A stretch of DNA of 64,000 nt from Paramoeba atlantica. Taxonomy: Eukaryota; Protista; Discosea. The notes under the pieces are model-generated. The model had not been told where the DNA came from, did not search any database, and was given only the letters and a program-made list of their open reading frames with translations. Of the stretch, positions 43,214 through 54,806 are shown one piece after another; position 1 is the stretch's first letter; each line of letters starts with the position of its first letter. A program made the translations under genes and the position numbers. Location of the stretch: the NCBI GenBank assembly GCA_977017575.1, contig CDRNVI010000030.1, positions 1,155,808-1,219,807 on the forward strand, written 5' to 3'.

Positions 43214-44549
43214 AGTGATAATGAGGGAGTTGCTATGCCTTGTCCATGGCATCATGTTCAGGGGAACAGCAGCTCCACATGACTATGAAAATTTGGATGG
43301 CACTGGATGGCAGCGGATGGCACTGGATGACTAATTTTTATGTACTTGTGTACTACAAGTACCCAAAACTAAAATTTGTGGGACGGTTTGCGCACATCTG
43401 AATAAAAGTAAGGAAGTAATCGAGGCAATCTTTTTCTGAAACTTACGTGCTTACATCGCCTCCAACAAATACTGGAAACAGAGTGACGAACTTTCCAACC
43501 CTCGTGATCGTGTGGACATTTCTCTTCGGTCCGAACGCAAAAAATCTTCAAAAGTTTTTGGTGTGTCCCTATCATGCTTTCACTTTAAAATTCAACTCAG
43601 AGCACGCAGAAGAAGAGACCGAGAAAATATCTTATTTTGCAAAAGGAAAAGAAAAGACGTGTTTTTGAAAAATCAGTACAATTGAATCCGACATTAGCCG
43701 CTTTTTCATATCATGGCCATCACTTGTCCTACAACATCCGGCGGAAATGGAAAGTTCTTCGGTCCTCCAAATCAAAAAAAAGGTCTTCGGTCCTCGCTCA
43801 TATCTCTGTTTTGGATGGCACTGGATGGCACTGGATGGCAGCGCATGGCACTGGATCGCAGTGGACAACTGCATAGTGTCCATTATCTCGGCGTAGTAAA
43901 CACGCCTTGGCTTGCCTGGTACTACGATTGCCGAAAAAAAAATACTTAGTTCCTTAATCCTCACTTGAGGCATGGTAGCGGGAGTCCACCCCTAAGAAGA
44001 AGTTGAAAAATATGGAGTGTTCGGGGGAGAAAAAAAGGAGGGGGAGTATTGTTCGGTACGTTATAGATCCTCCCATACGGATATATCGAGGCAACACCCC
44101 GGACGTCTCGGGTTGACGCTGGAAATAGGCTTTTCAGGATATCTCGCCTAGTGAGAATATTGATTCGGAAATTCAGACCGACGATAGTGAACGCGCTGGT
44201 GCTTATTCGGCGGAGAGAGAAAAAGAAAACTAGAAAAAAAAGCAAACGGTTGCTTTGCTTGATGTGTTTATACCCGAATTCTTTGTTTGCGAAGATTCAT
44301 CATAAATACTGAAGGAACAACTTGGTTTCTTTACATCAACACACCTAAAACATGGTTTACCATGGGGTATCAAAAGTTGCACGGCATGGAAAAGTACCCA
44401 AAATTTTATTGAATGGATAAATTGTCCCCCTTTTCACGGGAAAATAGGAAAACTATCCTCCGGGGTTTGGTTACAACATTTATTAGGACTCGTGGAATGC
44501 GGGGTGCTACGTGTGGCACACGACTCTCGATCATCATCACGTATACTTA

Positions 44550-44790
44550 CGTATATTTACGTTACTTTGAGGAACCAAAAGGGGAGGAATTGTCAAGAAG
44601 TATTGCGGATGGAACACCACTAAATGAGATGTGCAATCGCCCTCCTTGCTTGAATTTTCCAGCTATCGCTGAAATTATCCATGTAATAGCGAATTTCCCC
44701 AACGTAAACTTTTTATCCGCTGATATGCGACACTGGTTTCACCAGATTGAAATACCATCAGAATCGGGGCGTACATCAGTTAGGAGATCG
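44550..44790 (+). pseudogene. Reverse transcriptase fragment, TATE/VIPER/DIRS-like
   Basis: SRSIADGTPLN..PPCLNFP..FLSADMRHWFHQIEI matches RT motifs of tyrosine-recombinase retroelements. Confidence 0.65.
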
Positions 44791-45733
44791 ATATGTAATG
44801 AGATCACGGAAAATGTATGAACAGATAGGAAAACATGGACATTCTTTTCAAAGCTTCTATATTAAATCTAAAGAAAACCCAGCGGACGGGTTGACTTGAG
44901 AAGAGCATAATTATGACATAAAAGAAGGACTCCTGAGCTCAGCTCCAAGAGCTGGCCATGTACATGTAGACCCTATGTAAGAATTATAGAAAGCGTAACT
45001 GGAGGAAACAAATACACGAATCTAGAGTAATTAGTAAAATTTATGAGTGGAGAGCATGAGGAATGGCAAAGAAAGTAAATCCCCCCCAAAAAAAACGTTA
45101 ACCAAAAGTTTACGCCAACCCTTTGTTCTATTGCACTCAAAGTTTTCTACTCCATTATACAGTAAAATCTCCTTCGTATTTCTTCTTCCGAAAATTTTCT
45201 ACAAATGCGCCCTGGTCTCACACCCCAGCCTTCTCGACGCATGAGTAAAACCGTGCTGCCGGGAAGATCACTCGGTTGTGGGAGCGGGCCCCTTAAGTGG
45301 GAAGCGACTGGGCTGCGAAATGAACCGAAAATATATTTTTTTCGGCAATCGTAGTGCCAGGCAAGCCAAGGCGTGTTTACTACGCCGAGACAATGGGGAG
45401 CTGCTGTTCCCCTGAACATGATGCCATGGACAGGGCATAGCAACTCCCTCATTTTCGTGTAGAATTTCTCGTTCTGCACTTTCCGCTATTATTTTCTGTC
45501 TTAGAGAAACTAGATTTTTCAAAAAATTAAAAATAACGATTTTTTGAAAAACGCTTTTTTATGAGGATAAAACTCTCCCTACCTAAAGGGGGTTTGACGC
45601 AAGCAGGGAAGCTTATAGTCCCCCTCTCATTAATCATTACAAACCTGCAAAAATCGTTAAAGGGATTGTTTATAGAAATTTAATGAGATTATAATTCTGA
45701 GTCTCACTTTTATAATTATAAACCTCAAGTTCT

Positions 45734-46117
45734 TCATTTTTTATCTAGAAAGACACCTGTACCACATACAGTGCACGAAAACAAAGGGCAACGTAGGGGA
45801 AGTGTTGCGTTTAGGTGATCCATTACGGCGATACTGTCCATCGTAAAGGCAGGGGTGATCACAGGGTTGGAGCGACTAGTTGGGGTCCTTGAAACATCAC
45901 CCGTTTCCTCGTGACGTTGAATCCAACGACAAACTGTACAGCTAGTCACATTGCAGTGGCGTGCAGTGGCTCGGATCGATCCCACGCGATAATAGTGTTC
46001 AACGAGGAGCATACGATGGGTTAACTTGACCTGTCCAGCTCTGTAAGAGAGGGGGGGCACGCGGCTACAACGGGGGCACGTGTTAATCCCAGAAATTAAC
46101 ACGACTTTTGTTGACAT
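45734..46117 (-). pseudogene. Tc1/IS630-like transposase N-terminal HTH remnant
   Basis: HYYRVGSIRATARHCNVTSCTVCRWIQRHEETGDVSRTP: HTH followed by the G.V...P linker. Confidence 0.55.
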
Positions 46118-46478
46118 AACTTAATTTCCCCCCTGTATCCATTGCGTAAAGAATGCATGGAGCAAGATTCCCACTGGGGTTATGGATCATAGTATGGTTC
46201 TTAGCTTCAATAAGCGGCTGAAAGCTTCTATTGAGAAAAATGGCGAAAAGGCGAAAAAATGGTAGGCGACCCCCCCTAGGTGTAGGTGTTCAGAATTTGT
46301 ACCAAGTGTGTGACCCCAAGATATTAGGGCCTGAGACCTGCAAATTGCAACAAGAATTAGCTAAAACGGCTTTATATACCATAAGTTAGCCTATGGTCAC
46401 TTATCGTGACGGGGGGTTTATTACTGTGTTCCTCATTGTTCACTTTTTTCAATAATCGAGGGTAGAGCGGTAGTTATA

Positions 46479-47389
46479 AACCCCGCCCAACGAATAAGTC
46501 ATCCCCCACTTTTTTTACACGTGAGGGCCTATGGGGGCTCATGCACCACTTTATCGTTCAGAATTTCGAGATCTGCACGTTCCCACTATTTCTAGCTCAT
46601 TTCAAAATGTAAAAAATTAATTAAAAAATGTAATTGTTTTTTTTTTCGAAAAAATGCCTAAATCCGCATACCGACTGCCAAAAGGGGGGCTTACGAATAG
46701 CGGGAAGGTTCTTTTGACGATGAGAAACGGGCAGGGAGTCTCAAAAAAGCATAAATATGTGGGTAGCACCCGGTCAAACAGCGGCCCCACGTCAAAAAGT
46801 ACGATGGGCGCCGAAATGTCAAGTTTGGGGGGCTATAGGTGTAGGTTGGAGACACCTAGTTGTTCTCGATAAGGACTCGTCCATCACGAGCATATCTTAT
46901 GTAAAGACGTTGAAGAAAGTACAATTTCCACAGAATTGTACCTTTCAACAAGATGAGGCTACAGCCTCTATGGAGTACATTACGGGTAGAATGAGTGATG
47001 TACTTAAAAATTGGCCCCCCAATTCACCTGACCTTTCCCCCATGGAAAACGTTTGGTCGATGGTCCAGGATACGGTGGACGAAAAGACTCCATCGGATAA
47101 ACCTTCACTTATCCGATGTATACGCAAAGCGTGGTCTCGTTTGCCAAAAAAGGTGATCGATAAAACTGTTTTGAGTTTTGATGCTCGCCTTAAGAAGTGT
47201 ATAGAACTCAAAGGCGAAAAAGTGACAAAATGATAATTGTAATCTAGAAACGCTAGTTGTTCTTTGTTTCAGCCCACTCTTAGGTGCGCAAAGTTCCTAT
47301 GGTGAGATCTGCAAAATGCAACAAAAATGAGCTCAAACGGCCACTCGGCCGAAAAAAAAGTAGGGGGTGACTTTTCGTTGGGCGGGGTT
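46479..47389 (+). mobile_element. Internally deleted Tc1/mariner element retaining the DDE C-terminus
   Basis: TIRs AACCCCGCCCAACGAA(T/A)AAGTCA with TA flanks; ORF 46757-47233 has QVWGAI, FQQD, WPPNSPDLSPMENVW. Confidence 0.85.
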
Positions 47390-48019
47390 TATAACCATTA
47401 GTATAAAGAAACATGCTTCGTTGTATAATTTATGAAAACATTTTCAAATTTGCATACCTTTTTTCATCAAAGTGGTCGAAAGCGGCATTCCGAAAGTATT
47501 GAGAATGCTGATGGTTTCACCATCGTTGGGAAATGTAGGGGATTGTGGTGACGTCAACCGGTACCTCCGCAAATAATTTGTATACCGTTACCCCCCCTAG
47601 ATATCCCGCATTCCGTCTCCGAAATGGACGGTTTGAGGATAAGTAACGTACTAGGATAAGTAGCATACTAGGATAAGTAGCGTACTAGAAGAAGTTCGAG
47701 TGACCTTTGTGCCAAAAGTTGTTTTTAGCATGATACAACCGCGTCGAAAGTATTCGCCGATGTGTTCTTTTCGTTGGAGTTGCACGCTGTCCAAGTGAGG
47801 CATCAAAATCAAAGTTAAAAATTATGTGATGGCTGTGATAAAGGAGATATGCTATGTAAATAATGTGTTGTATACGAAAAAAGATACGTAAGCATTTTGC
47901 TTTCAAACATACACTGTGCCACTTGAAGGAAGAAGCGCGCGGAAATTGGAATACCTATAGAAGATTTACAAGACACTAAGCAAAACCACAGAAAAACTTA
48001 GATATGACTAGTAAAAATA

Positions 48020-48945
48020 AACCCCCACAGCGAAAAGTCACCCCCCTCTAACTTTTCAGCCAAGTGTCCGTTTGAGCTCATTTTTGTTGCATTTTGCTTT
48101 TCCCAACATAAAGAATTTGCGCGTTACAGCATGGAACCAAAACTCTCAAATGCGTGCATCCGATAGATGGATTATCACTTTCTTCACATTTTTCAAGAGA
48201 CCAATTTCTCACACTTTAACAAATTAAATCTTCTCCTCCCATGAGAAATTCAATTATTTTTGTCCGTTTTTGCTGATTTTTGTTGCAAACGAGAGATCTC
48301 GTTCTCCTAGCAAAGATCTTTGCCGTTATTTTTTAATATTGGCCCACTTGTGCCCCCTGGCCGCGGAATGTTTGTTTGCTCAAATTAGTGTGGTATGACA
48401 ATGCAAAAAAAATAAAACCTAAAAACAATTTTCTTTTTCGGTTTCTAAAATGATCTAAAAATGGTGGGAACGTGTAGATCTCAGAATTTTGTACGAGAAA
48501 ATGATATCTTAACCCCCTTAGGACCCTTCAAGCAAAAAGTAAAGGGGACAGCTTAAAAAAGTTGATTTATCACCGTTTCAAGAAAGCACCAACCAAAGAC
48601 AAATATTCCACCACGTGACAAATTGAATGTTTGTTATCTGTTTTTGATCATTTTTGTCGCAATTGAGAGATCTCGTTCCCCTAGCGAAGATCTGTGGCAC
48701 TATTTTCATGTTGACCCCCTCCTCCCCCTCCTGCTCGAGGAGCATGAGATTTTTCAGGTAATATTGGCATGATTATGTAAAAACGTCATTAAAAAAATTA
48801 GTTTAAATTTGTTATCTGTGAAGAGGTCTAAAAACAGCGGGAACGTGCAGATCTCGAAATTTTGAACGAAAAAGTGGTGCCGCAACCCCCCTAAGCCTCG
48901 TTGTACAAAAAAAAGAGGGGGGTGACTTATTCGTTGTGGGGGGTT
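48020..48945 (-). mobile_element. Non-autonomous relative of 46479-47389
   Basis: TIRs AACCCCC(C)AC(A)..GAA(T/A)AAGTCACCCCCC with TA flanks; subterminal DNA matches both ends of 46479-47389 inverted; no ORF. Confidence 0.75.
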
Positions 48946-49123
48946 TATGAAGTGTGGAAGGCGGGGAGCGCTAAACCCCAACATTGGGTTAAAGACTAGT
49001 TATATTGTAGTCAAAAAAACCAATTTTCCACATTTTGCATATCAATTGTGTTTGATGTATTCTACCGTTACGCGGGCTTATTTGTACCACTTTAGAATAC
49101 TAAGCGCTGCTTTACTTACATAA

Positions 49124-49845
49124 ATGTCAAATTGTTCATGCTGCGACCTCAGTTGCGTCCTCACATGGCGCAACGACAGCCACATTCCTAAGGATTTCGC
49201 CACTTTCTTGAGGACCCACGGAATCGTGAAAGACGAAGTACGCCCTCTACACGAAAAGACCGGTACACCTCACAAGACAAATTCTCTTCTAAGCGTATGC
49301 TGGAGTCGAGTGGGAAAGGGAAGTTGCCGAAAGAGGCTTTCAAAATTATGGCCGTATTTTTCAGTAAAACAAAAGAACGCATCCTCTAAGTTCCTCTTTC
49401 TAATAAAATTTTGCCAGCGAATCGAAAACCAGGTCATTGCCTCCCAATGCAGTATCAACAAAAACACAGTGGTCAAGTGGAAAAAGGAGATTTTGCAGGT
49501 GGTGGCTAACTACATATGTATGTATGTAAAGGATCGAAACGAAAAAACTACTTTTCTGAAGTGTGCTGTTGATGAAACGTACATTTTCACACGAAAATAT
49601 AATTATGGAAGAAGGAGGCGACAAAAGCCTTTCTGGATGGCAACAGTGACAGGAATCAGCAGAGATGGAAGCACTCCTGATGATGGATCAAGCACTCCTG
49701 ATAGCCCTGAAGGAAGCGAAAGATTTGGATTTGACAGAAGTTGAAATGTCAAGCGATGAAGAACCAGATTCTGAGCTTATTGTTGGGCAACGCAGCGCCC
49801 ACAGCATGGAGGTTGACGACAATGAATTCTCAAGCGGGTAAGAAA
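49124..49845 (+). pseudogene. Merlin (IS1016/ISXO2-like) transposase remnant
   Basis: Cys-rich N-terminus, HTH (QVIASQCSINKNTVVKW), CAVDETYIFTRKYNYGR..FW (Merlin DE motif); deletion then acidic tail. Confidence 0.75.
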
Positions 49846-49925
49846 GTGAAATGATTACTCTAATTGAACGTTTGTTAGACACTTCTCTTTAAAAGTTTGT
49901 GATAGATAGGAAGGATGAAGGCATA

Positions 49926-50711
49926 CAGTCCAGGTACTGGTTTCCCCCCCCAGGCTCCTGAGCACACCGTAAGAGCTTTTGACCTAATTCCTTCGGCATT
50001 CAACAGATCTCGAAAAAGTAGAGCGTTTCCCGTCGTTTTTTTGCCCATCACCCCCCCTGGGTCAAAAATATTTTGAAAACACACGAAAACATAGCATAAT
50101 TTTAACAAAAAAAAAATCCAATATTTCAAAAAATTAGGAGTTTTTTATCAAATATGGTTTCTTATTCTATGAATTTGAGGGATACCCCCGTTAAATCTAC
50201 TAAAAGTCAGTACTCCAACCCGCCGAAAAACAAGACACCCCCTACTACCCATAAAATTTCGCGATGTGCACTCCCAGAGCGCCTTGAAATTTCCCGCCAA
50301 TATAGAAAAGAAATTCTGAAGCCAGAGACTGAAACACAGCTCCGGAAGGCAATAAAGAAAGCCTTCATGATGCTTGAGCGTCATCCTTATCGATGCCAAG
50401 TTTTAAATTGCATAAATTCAGTACCTAAACGCTTGCGAATAGTGCAGAGCGTTCAAGGAGACCATTGTGGGTATTAATATAGGAATTCATACACCTTTTT
50501 TGTCATTTTTTATCCCCCTTCAAAAATATTTTTATTTTTGAAATTTGCCATCTTTGATCACGCCCACCCAGAACCCAGGGGGGGTGATGGGCAAACAAAC
50601 GGCGGGAAACGCTCTACTTTTTCGAGATCCGTTGAATGCCGAAGGAATTAGGTCAAAAGCTATTACGGTGTGCTCAGGAGCCTGGGGGGGGGGAAACCAA
50701 TACCTGGACTG
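49926..50711 (+). mobile_element. Deleted Tc1-like element with ~130-bp TIRs
   Basis: TA|CAGTCCAGGTA..TACCTGGACTG|TA; internal ORF ends CINSVPKRLRIVQSVQGDHCGY, a typical Tc1 C-terminus. Confidence 0.85.
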
Positions 50712-50814
50712 TAGATGGTGAAAGCGTAAAAGATACAAATAAGTTTATTGAACTGATGGTACAGGCGCCGACTAAATACCGTTCCTAACTACTCTTTATA
50801 TTATACACATTACT

Positions 50815-53668
50815 CATACCCCTGCCGGGTAAATGGGTAACTACCCGGGTCTGCGACCCAGTTACCCGCACCGACCCGCACCGACCCGCATTGACAGGTC
50901 GTCTTAGAAAGCTACATATACATGTATACATCTGTTTGTTGTATCTTGTCATCGGGAAATAAACGTGCATCTTTGTTTCGGACCTTATGGTGAAGTGTTT
51001 TAAGGCTAAGTAAGAAGTCAATAATCATATTACTCTTGTGTTTGATCGCACTAACGAATCTCTTCTTACTTAAACTTATCTGTACTCATGGCTCGTCAAC
51101 GACGATTAGAGCAGACACCTAGCACGCCTGAATTATTTTCTTCATCTGATACTGAAGATGGTAATACCCCCGAGTCAAAAAAAATGAAGCATCGCGATAC
51201 TATACGGCACAAAATGACAGTAGAATCCTTATCTGGGCAATTCGTGCTCGTGCGCTGTCCTCCCGGATGCACCCACACACACACAGATATTCTCACCGAT
51301 CCTTTGGGCCAAAAGCTTCATTTCATATGTACCAAGGAAGGATGCGCTTTTGAATCTCACTCTCGTTATAAAAATGTGTATCACAAGCATCGTCGCGAGT
51401 GCTCAAGATCTCTTGAAAATTCCCGATTGGCACAGGTGGAGAGTGCAAATAATCAGGGAGTAATTGTACAGCGCTTCGTAGGAAAAGTACTGCCATGCTT
51501 ACAGACCCTAACGAATCTTTCTTCTAGTCGGTTTGTCTGGCTCGTGTATAAGTACGAGGATTTACGCCCTGATGTACCTGGAACGGAAAGACGGCAGCTG
51601 AGCAGTTGATTTCTACTCTTCTGGCGAACCTTGGTGAAGTTCGTTTGCTCAAAATGAGATACATTATTGCGGACGGCAGTGCTGTAAATTACGTGGCCAG
51701 AAACCACTGTGAAGGCGAGCTCAAGCGAATATACAATCGGATTACACCCATTGGTGAGTCTGATACGGCTGCGCTGTTGCAAGGTATTTCTTCTCGAGTG
51801 CCGCGCATTACTCTCCTATCTTGCATCGGACATATGCTAAACAATGTTTGCCAAGCAGCCTTGAAACCATACGAAGAGCTCCCGTGCTTCGCCTTTAAAA
51901 AAGCTTTCAGTCAAGCTTCTTACTCCGAAGGACGTGCAAGCGCCATGAAAGGTAAATATTGGGGCGTTGCCCTGGATTTGGCGCTCGCCCATTTCGATCG
52001 AAGTGTCCTAAAAGCAGAAGAAACGTTTCGACAATCATATCATGGACTTGGCGAAGATGTTCCTACCTTCTGTCGAAAAAAGCTACAGAACACCCTGCTT
52101 GAATGTGTGTCGAAATTAAAGGACGTTTCACCGTGCGAGTCGGAACCAATAATTGAGGCACTGTCAACAGATCAAAAAACGTGGAAAGAGAAGCATTGTC
52201 TCCTACTCTCTGAGGGAGTAAAGTTGCTGAAGTCCTTACAAGAGGCACGGGAAACTCGGGGAATTCAAACACCGAAGCTAGGAGGTGTAACACGATGGTG
52301 TACCGACAAATTCACCTGCATGCAGTTCTTGGCCGAGAACATGGACACTGTCTCGGCATTTGTTCACAATGAAAGTGAGAAGCCCAAGGCTTCACCCTCC
52401 ATACTGAAATGTAAACGTTTGCCGGATCAGTTTGGTTTCAGGGCGATCGGTGCCAGTTGCGAAGATTTTCTACAGTAATGCAAGATCCTACACAGCGCCT
52501 TGCGTAAATTTTCGGACAACGCTGGTAAGCCAATGGCGACGCACGTTGGAACAACGCTGCAACTTTTATTCGAGCACAGCGAGAGTGAATCTGCACCGGA
52601 ACGTCTGAAAGAATCTTTGATTTATCACAAAAAGCGCTTGCAGAAAAACCATAACATGCGATTTTGGAGCGATATTCTATGGTTTCGCCCAGCGTGGATC
52701 GTGCAATTCGCTCGTCCATGCGCATTACAACCCATTTCAGTGGGTCGAGCGAACAACATATTTGATAAGAATGCGGATGGAACATCTGCTGAAACTCCTA
52801 TCTTTGAAATCTCGGCTGACGAGTGGTCGAAGTATGTCTCCTGCTCCGATTATGGTTGGGATCCGACGGTATTTCTGAACGAGTACGAGTGGTGGTGTGG
52901 TCCCGGAAGTGAGATGTTTCCCTCTGTTTGCGAAGCGGCTACGCACTACGTATGGACGCCTCCCTTAGTTAACAGATGTGATTCGTGGCTGTCTATAATC
53001 GGGTACATGTACAGTTCCAGACAGGCTTCCCTGGCTCCTGATGTCGTTTCTCACCAGATCTTCGTACGTGGAAATTGCGACAAATTGGGTTATATTCTTC
53101 CGGACGAAGGTGTTTCTCAGGATGGTAGCGATGTTGAAGTATCTGATGTCGAGGAAGATGAATTTGTTATGCAGTAATGATTAATGCATAATATTTTATT
53201 GTTAATATTAATGCTATGCATAGTATCACAGTATCATACACTGCCGTATAAATGTTTTCTACGTGGTGATTCTTTATAGTTTCGCCTTAGTTTGCTAGGA
53301 CTCGAGGGTAAACTCGACTGGCCAAAAAAAAAATGGTACCATTGCGGTGTTAGGGGGTAGGCTTCCGGTGGGCCTAGGGGGTTCACACCAAAAAAAATAA
53401 AATAGATGGGCGACACAAGCAAATCAGTAGAGGGAATTCTTCTTATGGAAGGAATTCCTCATCGCTAAAGATACCGTTTCTGTACATAGAGCATTCCGTG
53501 CCAATCCTACGAATCAGCACACTTGAGAGGAAATCATTTTGTATTTAATGGCTAGTGCGCCGATGCGGGTCTGTGTGGGTCGGTGCGGGTAACTGGGTCA
53601 CAGACCCGGGTAATTTACCCGCACAGACCCGCTAATGGGTAATTACCCATCGACCCGGCAGGGGTATG
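50815..53668 (+). mobile_element. hAT-like transposon copy B (deleted and frameshifted)
   Basis: TIR CATACCCCTGCCGGGT; exact 6-bp ATTACT on both flanks; transposase in three ORFs (51088, 51606, 52500) with IADGSAVN, SCIGH, GVTRW, FPSVCEAATHYVWTPP. Confidence 0.9.
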
Positions 53669-53867
53669 ATTACTTGGCGCTACCTTTGTTAATGTCAAAA
53701 TAGAACTAAAATAAAACAGATTTTTTGACTACAATATAATTAGTCTGCATCCCAACATTGTCAAAAAAGAAAATAGGCAATGCCCCTGACCTATAGCCTT
53801 GAACCCACCTCGAAAATAATGATACAAGAATTGTTAAAATATATGCCGCGCACATACAAGATGATTT

Positions 53868-54400
53868 TCAGTAGTATACTTCAATAATCAAAATTAGCCT
53901 AGGAAATAACATCATTTCCACATTTTTTGCACACATATTTGCACACATTTGCAAAATGACAAAAGCGTAGCCAAAACTTTGCCATACTACGTCTTTGCCA
54001 TACTCAGACAAGCCCCAAAAGTGAGCTGAGTTACCAGAGAAAAACGAAAACATCATTGTCTTCGTAACTCCAGTGAGAGCTTCCCGCAGAGTTTGCAGCA
54101 TGTTGGCTCCGGCCTCATATAGTGAGGCATTCGGGCGCGGAGATTGATACTGGTTCATAGAACCGCAGCCACGGCGCACCAAACGGTCCCACTTTTGCTT
54201 TCTTTTATAAACCATGTTCCAGGATACTATCCTGGACTCAAGGTGATACTCTTGAGCAACCTGTCGTTCTGTTTTTCCTGCATCCAGAGACGCGCAGGTG
54301 TTGCGTTTCGTAAGCTCTACTCGAGACTTGCGCTCACGCTCGCTTTCCACATGCTGCTCCGTGAGAAGCTGAGATGTCGGAAGGATGTTGGTAATGTTCT
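53868..54400 (-). pseudogene. pogo/Tigger-like (CENP-B HTH) transposase remnant
   Basis: RKSRVELTKR..LDAGKTERQVAQEY..W..KRKQKW then LREAL..VTK resembles tandem CENP-B-type HTHs. Confidence 0.45.
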
Positions 54401-54806
54401 CTGGAGCAGTGACAACAACGACAGGGTCTCGAGGCATTAGAGCACCCCTAACCTGATTCGCGCTACAAATGAGTGATGGCAATGGTACAAATGTGATGGC
54501 ATTTGGTAGTAATAGAGTTTTAGTATGCAGTGTAGGAATAGTATAGAATAACGATAGAATGAAACCTTTTTGATAATTTTTGAGCAATTTGCAGTCCGAG
54601 GTAAAAATCTTTTTTCAATTATCATTATTAATGAAAGGGGGTGTAACAATAAACGAGTCCCCTTTTAATTCTTTTCTAATTCTTGTCCACGTTCAACGGC
54701 CAATCAATTTTAAAATGTATGTCGTAATTTTCTGTATGTCTAATATCAAAGATGGAGTGTATCTCCAAAAAATGTACTACCTAACTACTGGCGTATGACT
54801 AGCACA

